DNA of 45,797 nucleotides from Candidatus Pacearchaeota archaeon RBG_13_36_9. GTDB taxonomy: Archaea > Nanobdellota > Nanobdellia > Pacearchaeales > GW2011-AR1. A model generated the notes under the pieces. That model saw only the letters and a list, made by a program, of their open reading frames with translations. It was not told the origin of the DNA and ran no database searches. Shown here piece after piece: positions 9,331-17,957 of the stretch. Numbering within the stretch: the stretch's first letter is position 1; each line of letters opens with the position of its first letter. Both the position numbers and the translations under genes were made by a program. The stretch lies in contig MFWN01000024.1 of assembly GCA_001786395.1 (NCBI GenBank), positions 27,697 to 73,493 on the forward strand, written 5' to 3'.

Positions 9331-10440
9331 ATGAGAGATGGTTTTAAAGATTATTGGATAAGCAAGTTGTTATTTCCTAAGACATACATTATTGATAAAC
9401 CTGGAATAATAATAAGTAAGACCTCTTCAAAATATAGTAATAAGGAAGTCAAAAGAAGGATGATTTATGACTTCGAGGATATTGCTGCGAATTTACAGCT
9501 AAAAGCTTCTAAAAATTTAGGTCAAAGCGAAGCAGATAGATTGTTTTATAAAATAGGAAAGGATGTTGCTGTAAGATATATGTTATTGTCAAAAGCAAAA
9601 AAGTCACCTTCCTTTCTTCAAAATTCTTTAATAAATTATTTATTCGACAATCTTAAAGGAGGGGGATTTTCCCTTGCTGAAAACGTAACTTATAACGTGA
9701 AGGAAATGTCCTTAATTTTGAAAGGAAAATCAAATATGATTTGCAGGAAGAGTAAATTATCTTCTTTTACTTCGGGTCTAATTAGTGGCTTTGTTAGTTT
9801 TCTAACAGGCGAGAACATAGAAGCAGAATCAAAATGCTATGATTGTCCAAATAATTGTATTGTTATAGCTAATAAAAGCATAGAAGAGAGATATATTCCA
9901 GATACTCAGAAACTAATGCCAATGGAGAATTATAATATTTTGAATTTTCCAAAATTTCTTATGGAATCGGAAAAATATCATACGTTTAATGATTTAATTA
10001 AGTTTGGGAAAGTTAAGGTAGGTTCTGGAAAAATACTTTTTATGGGTAAGGCGCTTATTCCTATAGAAGCAGGTTGCCTTGAGTTGGTAGCAGATTATTT
10101 TGTTAGAATTAATAAAAAAGATTTATTAGTTAATGCTTTAACTGAAAGTTCAGAAAAATTAGCAGAAGAATTTCTTAAAGATAAAGAGACAATCTCGAAT
10201 AAGGTGAAAGCAATCAAGATTATGCTGAGTGCTTTTGGATGGGGTTTAGCCGACTTGAAGAAATATAAAAAGAAAATATTTTTTGATTTTATAAATGCCC
10301 CCATAAATAAATATGGTTTTTTATATAGAGCATCAGTTGTTAATGGCTATATAAATAATATTTTTAATAATAATTTTAGAATTGAAAGAATAGATTATCC
10401 TCAGAATTCTAATGTAAAAATAGTTTATTCAGTATCTTAA
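9331..10440 (+). CDS. V4R-domain-like (4-vinyl reductase type) putative ligand-binding protein
   Basis: CRKSKLSSFTSGLISGFVSFLTGENIEAESKCYDCPNNCIVIA fits the V4R signature C..G...G......E..C.....C.h.h. A second, Cys-less V4R-like half (LSAFGWGLADL...) follows. ATG 9331 is preceded by AGGAGG; the ORF track starts it at 9286. Confidence 0.5.
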   Translation: MRDGFKDYWISKLLFPKTYIIDKPGIIISKTSSKYSNKEVKRRMIYDFEDIAANLQLKASKNLGQSEADRLFYKIGKDVAVRYMLLSKAKKSPSFLQNSLINYLFDNLKGGGFSLAENVTYNVKEMSLILKGKSNMICRKSKLSSFTSGLISGFVSFLTGENIEAESKCYDCPNNCIVIANKSIEERYIPDTQKLMPMENYNILNFPKFLMESEKYHTFNDLIKFGKVKVGSGKILFMGKALIPIEAGCLELVADYFVRINKKDLLVNALTESSEKLAEEFLKDKETISNKVKAIKIMLSAFGWGLADLKKYKKKIFFDFINAPINKYGFLYRASVVNGYINNIFNNNFRIERIDYPQNSNVKIVYSVS

Positions 10441-11538
10441 TCTCATTATTTTGTATTTACTTGCGAGAAAAAGATAATTCATAATAACTCTTAATTTCAA
10501 ATTAATCGGAATTTTATTTTTTATGTTTTTAGGTATTTTAGTATCCTCATTTTTCATCATTTTTTTCAAGAGCTCTGGATTTTTCCTAATTTGATGCAGT
10601 AATTTTACTTTTAATTTGCTGCTTAACTTCAAAGACAGCTTTTTTATATACAAGTTAAGATTTTTTTTATTCCATTCTTTTTCGTAACTTTTAAGATTAT
10701 TTTTATTTATGGCTCTTGCTAATATAATTGAAGTATCTAAGATTGGACGAATTCCCTCACTTACAGAAGAACTTGCATTACCGAAACTATCCCCAAGAAA
10801 AGCGCAATTTTTAATTACTAATGGCAAAACGGGGCTTGATGGGATTATTGCTTTTTCTTGTTTTGTTATTTTTGGATTTTTTATTATTTTATTATATAAT
10901 GTATCCTTAGGAACTTTGATTAAATTAAAATCAATTTTGTTTTCATATACCCAGTCCCCGTGTATAACCTTATCTTTTGTAGGGTAGAAATCTTCCAGAT
11001 AATTTACTTTGTCTCTTGATACACAGAAATAAAAATAATTTCCAATATCTACCTTGTTTTTTAAGACTTTGATATTGCCTATCCAGTATCTGAAAGGAAG
11101 GGGCAGTTTATACAGTCTTCTAAGGAAAAATGAGGCTCCTGAACAGTCGATTAGATATCCAAATTTATATTTATTTTTGTCAGTTATTAAAACTTTATCT
11201 TTGACTTCTAATGCATTCTCTTTTTTAAATAAGGCATCAGAATTTTTCAGTAAAAAATTGCAAACTTTTTTGTAGTCAATAAAAAAGAAATTTTCTTTTA
11301 GTTTGTTTGTTTCACCATAGATTCCAATAACAGCACCATCAAACTTATGTTCATAAGTTAGCTTATATTCATCGATTATCTCCTTAAATGTATTCCTGTA
11401 GACAAAAGGGGCATTTGACCCTGGGCTTTTTTTATCGATAATCAAAATACTCCCTTTGTATCCTTCTCTTTTAAGATTGTAAGACAATCCAGTTCCGGCG
11501 ATTCCTGCTCCGATAATTATAACATCATAATCATACAT
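10429..11538 (-). CDS. FAD-dependent oxidoreductase, geranylgeranyl-reductase-family-like
   Basis: The N-terminus carries a Rossmann motif (DVIIIGAGIAGTG). A GD-type motif (FLGDSFGNASSSVSEGI) is also present. It overlaps the UbiA gene by 8 nt and has a Lys-rich C-terminal ~80 aa. Confidence 0.6.
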   Translation of the reverse strand: MYDYDVIIIGAGIAGTGLSYNLKREGYKGSILIIDKKSPGSNAPFVYRNTFKEIIDEYKLTYEHKFDGAVIGIYGETNKLKENFFFIDYKKVCNFLLKNSDALFKKENALEVKDKVLITDKNKYKFGYLIDCSGASFFLRRLYKLPLPFRYWIGNIKVLKNKVDIGNYFYFCVSRDKVNYLEDFYPTKDKVIHGDWVYENKIDFNLIKVPKDTLYNKIIKNPKITKQEKAIIPSSPVLPLVIKNCAFLGDSFGNASSSVSEGIRPILDTSIILARAINKNNLKSYEKEWNKKNLNLYIKKLSLKLSSKLKVKLLHQIRKNPELLKKMMKNEDTKIPKNIKNKIPINLKLRVIMNYLFLASKYKIMRLRY

Positions 11539-12403
11539 ATTTAACTTCTTTCATACCCTTTATTTTTGAAACGAAGTATATAAAATAAATAAAGATAAAT
11601 GAGAAACTAAGCCCAATTAAAGACAGGTTTGTTGTTTTGTCGAAAACAAAAGCAAATGGTAAAGCAATTATAACAAGTCTCACAAGGCCATAAGCTACTA
11701 TTTCTTTTTTGGTATCCATGCAGTAATCCATGAAAACTTTTATTATAAATAACATAAATACAACTGATAGAAATTTATTTCCTAAATCAAGTAAAAAATA
11801 AGATAAGAAGACCGCAATAAAATAAAGGCTTAGAAAAATGTGTGTTATTACTTTTCCATTTTTGTAGGAGGTCATTAGTGTTTTATATTTTCTTTTTTTG
11901 TCTTCCTTTATCCCCCTTAAATTTTTCATTGGGGTTATTAATCCAAAAGAAATTGCCGCAAGCGGGATTATTAGAAGAAATGTTCTTGTATTTAAATTTA
12001 AGATTAGGGAAGAGCTTAAAATGGGGATAATTACATGAGTTATAGATAAAGCAACCGAATCTCCAAATAAAAAAAATCTGAAAAATTTGTTGTAAGCAAA
12101 GCCCATAAATAGGCTTGCTATTACTGTAAAAAAAATTATATAATTATAAAAAGACAGGAATATAGAGACAGACAGCAAAGTAACTATTGCTAATTTGGCT
12201 CTTTTAAATTTGAAGTCTTTATCTGCTTTCGCATTAATTAATCCCCCTACAGTGTACATCAAGATGCAGCATACCATTAAAATAATAATACTCAGAGTTA
12301 TTTTATTAGCAAATGCTACAGCAATCATAATAAAAGAGAGGGGCATCAGGGACCTTTCTATTCTTGTAGCTTTCAGGAAATCAAACAGTTCTTTTTTCAT
12401 CAA
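11531..12403 (-). CDS. UbiA-superfamily prenyltransferase (polytopic membrane protein)
   Basis: It has about 8 hydrophobic segments, an N-terminal LKATRIERS motif, a first Asp-rich motif NAKADKD, and a second loop NLRGIKEDKKRKYKTL. The acidic motifs are partly degenerate. Confidence 0.6.
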   Translation of the reverse strand: MMKKELFDFLKATRIERSLMPLSFIMIAVAFANKITLSIIILMVCCILMYTVGGLINAKADKDFKFKRAKLAIVTLLSVSIFLSFYNYIIFFTVIASLFMGFAYNKFFRFFLFGDSVALSITHVIIPILSSSLILNLNTRTFLLIIPLAAISFGLITPMKNLRGIKEDKKRKYKTLMTSYKNGKVITHIFLSLYFIAVFLSYFLLDLGNKFLSVVFMLFIIKVFMDYCMDTKKEIVAYGLVRLVIIALPFAFVFDKTTNLSLIGLSFSFIFIYFIYFVSKIKGMKEVKYV

Positions 12404-12535
12404 AAAAAATGTAAAAGAAGGATTATTTATTTAATTTTAAAAGAAGGATAAAAATTCGGCGGGATGAGAAATTTTTTTATAATTTTATCCCGTGTTTAGA
12501 ATTAATAATTTATCCCTTTGTTTTCATTATTTACT

Positions 12536-12997
12536 ATGAAGTATTTTTTAGAGAGAAAGGAACTTGAAACAAAGGAGCATTCTAAGTTCTATGATATAAC
12601 GGGGGAGGTAAAAGGGGCAATAAAAAAATATAAAGTTCAAAATGGGCATGTTTTGGTGCAGGTTATGCATACTACCTGCGGGATTTATGTTAATGAGGGG
12701 GAAGAAAGACTGCTGCAGGATTTTGTTCTTTATTTAAATAAGAAGGCTCCTCAAAACAAGGGGTTGTACTTGCATGATGATATTGAAAAAAGGGACTGCC
12801 CTAAAGATGAGCCTGAAAATGGGCACAGCCATATTAAATCTGCTTTATATTCGAATTTTTCAATAAGTTTGATCTTAAATAATGGAGAACTGCAGCTCGG
12901 AAGATACCAGAGAATTTTACTTGCGGAGTTTGACGGGCCATGCCCTAGGAAGCATAAAGAAAAAAGAAAATATTTCATTAGTATTTTAGGAGAATAA
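12536..12997 (+). CDS. yjbQ: YjbQ/UPF0047 family protein (secondary thiamine-phosphate synthase-like)
   Basis: Family hallmarks are present: HTTCGIYVNEGEE, NGHSHIKSALYS, LQLGRYQRILLAEFDGP. The track starts it at TTG 12518; ATG 12536 is more likely. Confidence 0.8.
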   Translation: MKYFLERKELETKEHSKFYDITGEVKGAIKKYKVQNGHVLVQVMHTTCGIYVNEGEERLLQDFVLYLNKKAPQNKGLYLHDDIEKRDCPKDEPENGHSHIKSALYSNFSISLILNNGELQLGRYQRILLAEFDGPCPRKHKEKRKYFISILGE

Positions 12998-12999
12998 AA

Positions 13000-14031
13000 A
13001 TGTTGGATGAATACTTAAAATCAAAAGCAGAGTTTGTAAATACAAAACTGGAAAGTTTTTTGCCTAAAAGCATTGATGAAACATGGGTCAAAGATAATTT
13101 TCCTTATTATAAGGGAGATGCAGGCATAATGAATGAGTTAATGAAGCCTATTTGGGATTTATTAGAAAGAGGGGGGAAGAGATGGAGGCCGGTTTTAATG
13201 ATGTTATGCTGTGATGTTGTTGGGGGAGGGTCAAAAATAGAGGAGCTTATTCCTGTTGTGGAAATAATTCATAATGGAACTTTAATGGTAGATGATGTTG
13301 AAGACAGCTCTGATATAAGAAGGGGAAAACCCTGCATCCATAAGATTTTTGGAGAGGATGTTGCAATTAACACAGGCAATATGATGTATTATCTTCCTTA
13401 TTTAATAATAAAGAAAATAGACTTGGATAAAAAGACAAAATTAGCTGTTTATGACCTAATTAATGAAGAGATGCTGAAATTGTCTATCGGACAGGGCATG
13501 GACATTTATTGGCATAGTGGCGGGGAAAATATCAGCGAACAACTTTATCTTCAGATGTGTGCCTTTAAGACAGGAACTTTAGCAAGAATGTCTGCTAAAC
13601 TTGGAGCATTATTAGGAAATGCGAATAAAAAACAAGTTAAAGCTCTTGGAAAGTTTGCTGAAACAATAGGAATAGCATTCCAGATTCAGGATGATATCCT
13701 TAACGTGACTAATAAAGAATGGGGGAAAGAATTTGGAGAGGATATTACAGAAGGGAAGAGAAGCTTAATGGCTATAAGAGTTTTGGAAAAAGGAAACGAA
13801 GAGGACAGGAAAAGGCTTTTGGAAATATTATCCATGAAAACAAAGGATGAAAGGCTAATTAACGAGGCAATTGGACTGATGAAGAGATATGACACGATAA
13901 ACTATGCAAAAAAGAAAGCTGAAAAATTAGTGGAAGATGCTTGGAGAAATCTGGATTCCTGCATCCTTCCTTCTGATTCTAAAATAAAATTAAAGATGTT
14001 TGCAGATTTTCTTGTGAACAGGGAGATTTAG
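13000..14031 (+). CDS. Short-chain trans-polyprenyl diphosphate synthase (GGPP-synthase type)
   Basis: The first Asp-rich motif is LMVDDVEDSSDIRRGKP and the second is FQIQDDILN. The size of ~340 aa fits. Product chain length cannot be read from the sequence. Confidence 0.85.
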   Translation: MLDEYLKSKAEFVNTKLESFLPKSIDETWVKDNFPYYKGDAGIMNELMKPIWDLLERGGKRWRPVLMMLCCDVVGGGSKIEELIPVVEIIHNGTLMVDDVEDSSDIRRGKPCIHKIFGEDVAINTGNMMYYLPYLIIKKIDLDKKTKLAVYDLINEEMLKLSIGQGMDIYWHSGGENISEQLYLQMCAFKTGTLARMSAKLGALLGNANKKQVKALGKFAETIGIAFQIQDDILNVTNKEWGKEFGEDITEGKRSLMAIRVLEKGNEEDRKRLLEILSMKTKDERLINEAIGLMKRYDTINYAKKKAEKLVEDAWRNLDSCILPSDSKIKLKMFADFLVNREI

Positions 14032-14032
14032 G

Positions 14033-14566
14033 ATGGAGCAAGTTGTTTTATTGGACGAAAATAATAATAAGATAGGAATTGGAGAAAAAATTAAGGTGCA
14101 TGAGCAGGGAAAACTTCACATGGCATTTTCTATATTTATTTTTAATAACAAGAGAGAGCTGATGCTGCAGAAAAGAAGCAAGAATAAGTACCATTCAGGG
14201 GGATTATGGAGCAATACCTGCTGCAGCCATCCAAGGCCTGGTGAAAACATAGAGGCGGCGGCGCATAGAAGATTGAGGGAAGAAATGGGGTTTGATTGCG
14301 AACTTGAAAAGGTATTTAGCTTTAGTTATAAAGTTAAGCTAGGAAGCTTGTTTGAGAATGAGCTGGATTATGTTTTTATAGGAAAATTTAATGGAAACCC
14401 TTTTATTAATTCTGAGGAAGTTGAGGGCTGGAAATGGGTAAGCATGGATGAATTAGAAAAGGAGCTGGAAAAAAACCATTGGGATTATAGTTACTGGTTT
14501 AAGGTGGCTTTTCCGAGAATTATTGGTTTCTTAGGGGAAAATGGGGCTTCTTTATTCAAAAGCTAA
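14033..14566 (+). CDS. idi: Isopentenyl-diphosphate delta-isomerase, type 1 (Nudix fold)
   Basis: LHMAFSIFIFN..LMLQKRSKNKYHSGGLWSNTCCSHPRPGE..RRLREEMG is the classic type-1 IDI signature, including the NTCCSHP motif. Its start is 2 nt after the synthase stop. Confidence 0.85.
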   Translation: MEQVVLLDENNNKIGIGEKIKVHEQGKLHMAFSIFIFNNKRELMLQKRSKNKYHSGGLWSNTCCSHPRPGENIEAAAHRRLREEMGFDCELEKVFSFSYKVKLGSLFENELDYVFIGKFNGNPFINSEEVEGWKWVSMDELEKELEKNHWDYSYWFKVAFPRIIGFLGENGASLFKS

Positions 14567-14654
14567 ATGTAACTCCGGATATATATTTTCAGTCTATAGC
14601 TAAGTAAGCCTGTTTTTTAATAAGATTTATATAAATAAGAATTATTTTAAGAGC

Positions 14655-15323
14655 ATGAAAATAAAATCTCTTCCTTTGGAAGACCGACCCAGAGAAAAGC
14701 TGATTAAGCAGGGGGCAGAAAATCTGACGAATTCTGAACTTTTGGCGATAATCTTGAGAGTTGGGAATAGGGGGGAGAACGTTTTAGATTTATCAAACAA
14801 ACTTTTTAATAAATATGATATTCGGTCTCTTTCCAGGGTTGAAATAAGCAAGCTGAGAAAGGAAATTGGAATAGGGGATGCTAAAGCATGCCAGATTGCT
14901 GCATGTTTTGAGTTGGGGAGGAGACTGGCTGCGTTTAAGAAAGACGGACATATTATAAGGGACACAAAAGATATAGCTAAAATTTTTCTCCCTGAAATGG
15001 GTGCTCTAAAAAAAGAGCATTTTAAAGGGGTTTATCTTAATTCAAGAAAAAGGATAATCAAAGAAGAGACAATTTTTATAGGCAGTTTAAACGAATCAGT
15101 TATTCATCCTAGAGAGATTTTCAGAATAGCTCTGGACGAAAATGCTGCTGCTTTAATCTTGCTCCATAACCACCCTTCTGGAGACCCCACACCAAGTGAG
15201 TTTGATATTAAAGTTACCAAAGAATTAGTGAAAGCAGGAGATATTTTGGGAATTAAAGTACTTGACCATATTATTTTAGGAGAGAATAAGTATCTAAGCT
15301 TTAAAGAGGAGCGGTTGATTTGA
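14655..15323 (+). CDS. radC: RadC-like JAB/MPN-domain protein
   Basis: The N-terminus reads NSELLAIILRVGNRGENVLDLSNKLF, and the JAMM motif reads LLHNHPSGDPTPSEFDIKVTKEL. Confidence 0.85.
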   Translation: MKIKSLPLEDRPREKLIKQGAENLTNSELLAIILRVGNRGENVLDLSNKLFNKYDIRSLSRVEISKLRKEIGIGDAKACQIAACFELGRRLAAFKKDGHIIRDTKDIAKIFLPEMGALKKEHFKGVYLNSRKRIIKEETIFIGSLNESVIHPREIFRIALDENAAALILLHNHPSGDPTPSEFDIKVTKELVKAGDILGIKVLDHIILGENKYLSFKEERLI

Positions 15324-15324
15324 G

Positions 15325-15573
15325 CTATTCTTCAAGCTCCTCTTTTATTCTCATCCCTTTGGGCGTTAATTGATAAAGCCTTCCGGTTTTTTCTTTTGGA
15401 TTCAGGCATTTTGCAATTTTCTTTTTTTCAAATGCCCGTAAAATATCGCTTACGTTATTGAGCCCTAGCCGAGTTTCTTCTTTGATTTGGGTTGGTATTT
15501 TAGGCTTGTTCATAACTTTAATAATTTTTCTTCTTTGCTTTCCACGGACTACCCAAGAATAATTTTCATTCAT
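15325..15573 (-). CDS. Small winged-helix transcription regulator (82 aa)
   Basis: The HTH and wing pattern is PTQIKEETRLGLNNVSDILRAFEKKKIAKCL..GRLYQLTPKG. A TATA-like element (reverse strand of 15593-15600) sits ~25 nt upstream of the ATG, which would fit a leaderless mRNA. Confidence 0.65.
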   Translation of the reverse strand: MNENYSWVVRGKQRRKIIKVMNKPKIPTQIKEETRLGLNNVSDILRAFEKKKIAKCLNPKEKTGRLYQLTPKGMRIKEELEE

Positions 15574-15880
15574 TGCTAAAGGTATAAATGCGGTATAAAA
15601 AGCTTTACACTGATTCTATACCGAAATATTTAAAAACTTTCAGTTCTAGTTAAAGCGGTGTCAAGAAACAGGATTAGGAAGTTTTTTTGGATGTTGAACT
15701 GCAAAGGGCTAATCAGCTTTAGATTTTTTAAGTGGTTATTTGGGTAAAGAAGCTTCGCAGAAGGTTTATGTAGGAACCGCTATTTAATAAGCAATTTTGC
15801 CATAATTATGGGATTACATATGTTTTATTGAAATCAATCGATGATAAAAATGTATATAAACTTTTTATTAATAATAATTT

Positions 15881-16027
15881 ATGGAGTCAATTATACAGGA
15901 AATTGAAACCAGCTTAGATAAATGCCAGGAATTTATCTTTAAGCTGAGGAAATTTTTCAGGAAAAATCCAGATGTTTCAGAAAGGTTTGTTAAGTTTCTG
16001 CAGGAAAAAGAAGAACTGATTTTTTAA
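15881..16027 (+). CDS. Possible 48-aa small ORF (MESIIQEIETSLDKCQEFIFKLRKFFRKNPDVSERFVKFLQEKEELIF)
   Basis: It runs from ATG to TAA inside a 460-bp gap and is predicted helical. No RBS is evident and it is below the ORF-track cut-off. Confidence 0.2.
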   Translation: MESIIQEIETSLDKCQEFIFKLRKFFRKNPDVSERFVKFLQEKEELIF

Positions 16028-16034
16028 CTCAAAA

Positions 16035-16394
16035 TTACTTTTCTATCATCTTTTTCACTTTTTCAATCAGATCTTCTTTTGTAAATGGCTTTGTTATATA
16101 ATCTGCAATTCCAGCTTCCTTTAACTCTTCAACTCTCTCTGACGAAACCGGGATTGCGCTCAAGAATGCAAATTTTGCTTTTACCCCCATGTTTTTTAGC
16201 TTTGCAAAAATATCCCAGCCAGACATATCCGGAAGCATGATATCAAGCAGAATAACATCAAAGCCCTTTTTTATTTGTTTTATCCCTTCTTTTCCAGAAT
16301 AGGCTGTTTCTGTTTCAAACCCCGCGTTTGTCAATATTAATTTAACCGCTTCTGCTGTATCTTTATTATCCTCTATATAAAGTATTTTTTTCAT
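16035..16394 (-). CDS. Stand-alone CheY-like receiver (119 aa)
   Basis: It has the acidic pocket IEDNKD, the phospho-acceptor in LLDIMLPDMSG, and the conserved KPF lysine. It is about 75% identical by eye to 25606..25965. Confidence 0.9.
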   Translation of the reverse strand: MKKILYIEDNKDTAEAVKLILTNAGFETETAYSGKEGIKQIKKGFDVILLDIMLPDMSGWDIFAKLKNMGVKAKFAFLSAIPVSSERVEELKEAGIADYITKPFTKEDLIEKVKKMIEK

Positions 16395-16395
16395 A

Positions 16396-17190
16396 TTACT
16401 TTTTTAGCTCTTTTATCTCTTTTTTTAGCTCGCTCATTTTTACTTCTCTGCCAATCATCAGTTTGTTTAGCTTTTCAATTTCTTTTTCTACCTGCTTTTT
16501 TTCAGTTACATCTCGGAATATGCCAATTGTTGAGATAAATTTTCCGTTTGTTATTTTTGGAGAAATATTTCCTTCTACAAATATCTCTTTTTTATTTTTT
16601 GAAATAAAAATTGTATTTACATTTTCTAAGTGTTCTCCTGCGCAGACTTTCTTAAATAAATCCATGCAGTGCGTTTTTTGGTCGCTTTTTAGAATATTCA
16701 ATAAGCTGAGGCTTTTAATGTCCTCTTCTGAATAGCCCATTATTTCTTTCCATTTTTTGTTTACATAAATAAAATTGCAGTCTTTATCTACACTTTGTAT
16801 CAGGTCATTTGCATTATCCAAAATTTCTTTATATTCTTTTTCTGTATATTTTATTCTTTTGTTTATTTCATTTGCAAGCCCTGCAAATTCATTGTTTTGG
16901 CTTAGGTAAACTTCCTCATTTCTTTCAGAGACTGCTGTTTTAATTTTTTCAAGAGGCTTCATAATTGATAGAGAAACAATCAAACCTGTTGTTATTATTA
17001 AGATAAATGAGCTAACAAGAAAGAAAACAATTGAAAGTGAATTTATTTTTAGATTGGATAAGTTAGCTTCTGAACTTATTACTTTTGCAGTTATATTCCC
17101 GTTTGCATAAATAAATAGAAAATATCCACTAAGAGAGACTATTAGAAATATTGTAAATAAACCTAAAAAAATTTTAGATATTATCTTCAT
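16396..17190 (-). CDS. Membrane-anchored TM-TM-HAMP-like-PAS sensor protein with no kinase domain
   Basis: It has two N-terminal TM helices, a HAMP-like linker (IMKPLEKIKTAV...EFAGLANEINK), one PAS domain, and a C-terminal coiled coil MIGREVKMSELKKEIKELKK. Confidence 0.8.
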   Translation of the reverse strand: MKIISKIFLGLFTIFLIVSLSGYFLFIYANGNITAKVISSEANLSNLKINSLSIVFFLVSSFILIITTGLIVSLSIMKPLEKIKTAVSERNEEVYLSQNNEFAGLANEINKRIKYTEKEYKEILDNANDLIQSVDKDCNFIYVNKKWKEIMGYSEEDIKSLSLLNILKSDQKTHCMDLFKKVCAGEHLENVNTIFISKNKKEIFVEGNISPKITNGKFISTIGIFRDVTEKKQVEKEIEKLNKLMIGREVKMSELKKEIKELKK

Positions 17191-17387
17191 TTTTCCTCTT
17201 TTTATCTGAATAAGAAGGGGGCTCTTAAATATCTCACGGCTCTTTTTGGATAACCTTCTTAAATTGTTGGATAAAAATAATTCTTTTTGTAGCTTTTTAT
17301 AAAAGTTCTTAGAATTCTTTCTTATGATCTATAAAATATATAGCTAAAGCTTTTTATAAGAATTTGGTTGTATATTCCGCCCGGCTT

Positions 17388-17957
17388 TTAATTTTTCATT
17401 CTTTTTTTTACTATCTCGTGAATTCTTAATTTTATCTTTAGTTTTCCTATTATCTTTTTTAGGACTAAAATTATAAATGTTAGAAGTATTAAGCCCCCAA
17501 TTATCAATAAAATTATAATTATTTGCCCAGAGGTTTTACTGTCTTTTTTTATTATTTCAAATGAGTCTTTTCCTTCGGCTTCTTCTTTATTATTTACAAC
17601 AATCTGGACATCCAGTTCATAATTTCCTTCAGGGGCATTTTCTGGAATTTTTATATTGCCCACAAAAGAAGCTTGTGTTTCTATTGCAAGTGTTTCTGAT
17701 TTCGAAGCAAGGATGTTTTTTTGTGAGTCCAGAATATTATAATTAAGAGTTATGTCCATTCTTTGTTGTCCTGCAAGGTTCATTATTTTTGTTGTGAACC
17801 ATAGCTCGCCTCCAGCTTGGATGTTTTTGTGCGTATCTGCAATCTGAACCTCAAGATTGAATGGATTTTCCTGAGCTGCCGCTAAGGATAAAAGCAGGAG
17901 GCCTAAAACCAGGATTTCAATAAATAAGGTCTTGTTTTTTTCTTGTTTTGATTTCAT
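17388..17957 (-). CDS. Secreted beta-sandwich (CARDB/DUF11-like) protein with a C-terminal TM anchor and basic cytoplasmic tail
   Basis: The parts are a signal peptide (LVLGLLLLSLAAAQE), a ~110-aa domain (LEVQIADTHKNIQAGGELWFTTKIMNL..ITLNYNILDSQKN..GNYELDVQIV), the TM IIIILLIIGGLILLTFIILVL, and the tail KKIIGKLKIKLRIHEIVKKRMKN. It is a paralog of 24533..25090. Confidence 0.75.
   Translation of the reverse strand: MKSKQEKNKTLFIEILVLGLLLLSLAAAQENPFNLEVQIADTHKNIQAGGELWFTTKIMNLAGQQRMDITLNYNILDSQKNILASKSETLAIETQASFVGNIKIPENAPEGNYELDVQIVVNNKEEAEGKDSFEIIKKDSKTSGQIIIILLIIGGLILLTFIILVLKKIIGKLKIKLRIHEIVKKRMKN

Noticed and set aside
12404-12535. Direct repeat TAAAAGAAGGAT (12412-12424 and 12438-12450) and an imperfect palindrome CGGGAT..ATCCCG in the UbiA/yjbQ spacer
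   Set aside because: These are short, imperfect and in very AT-rich DNA, so they are compatible with chance. I did not think they merited a regulatory-site call.
14642-14965. 107-aa minus-strand ORF overlapping the start of radC
   Set aside because: It is antisense to a gene with unmistakable RadC/JAMM motifs and has no recognisable motifs of its own.
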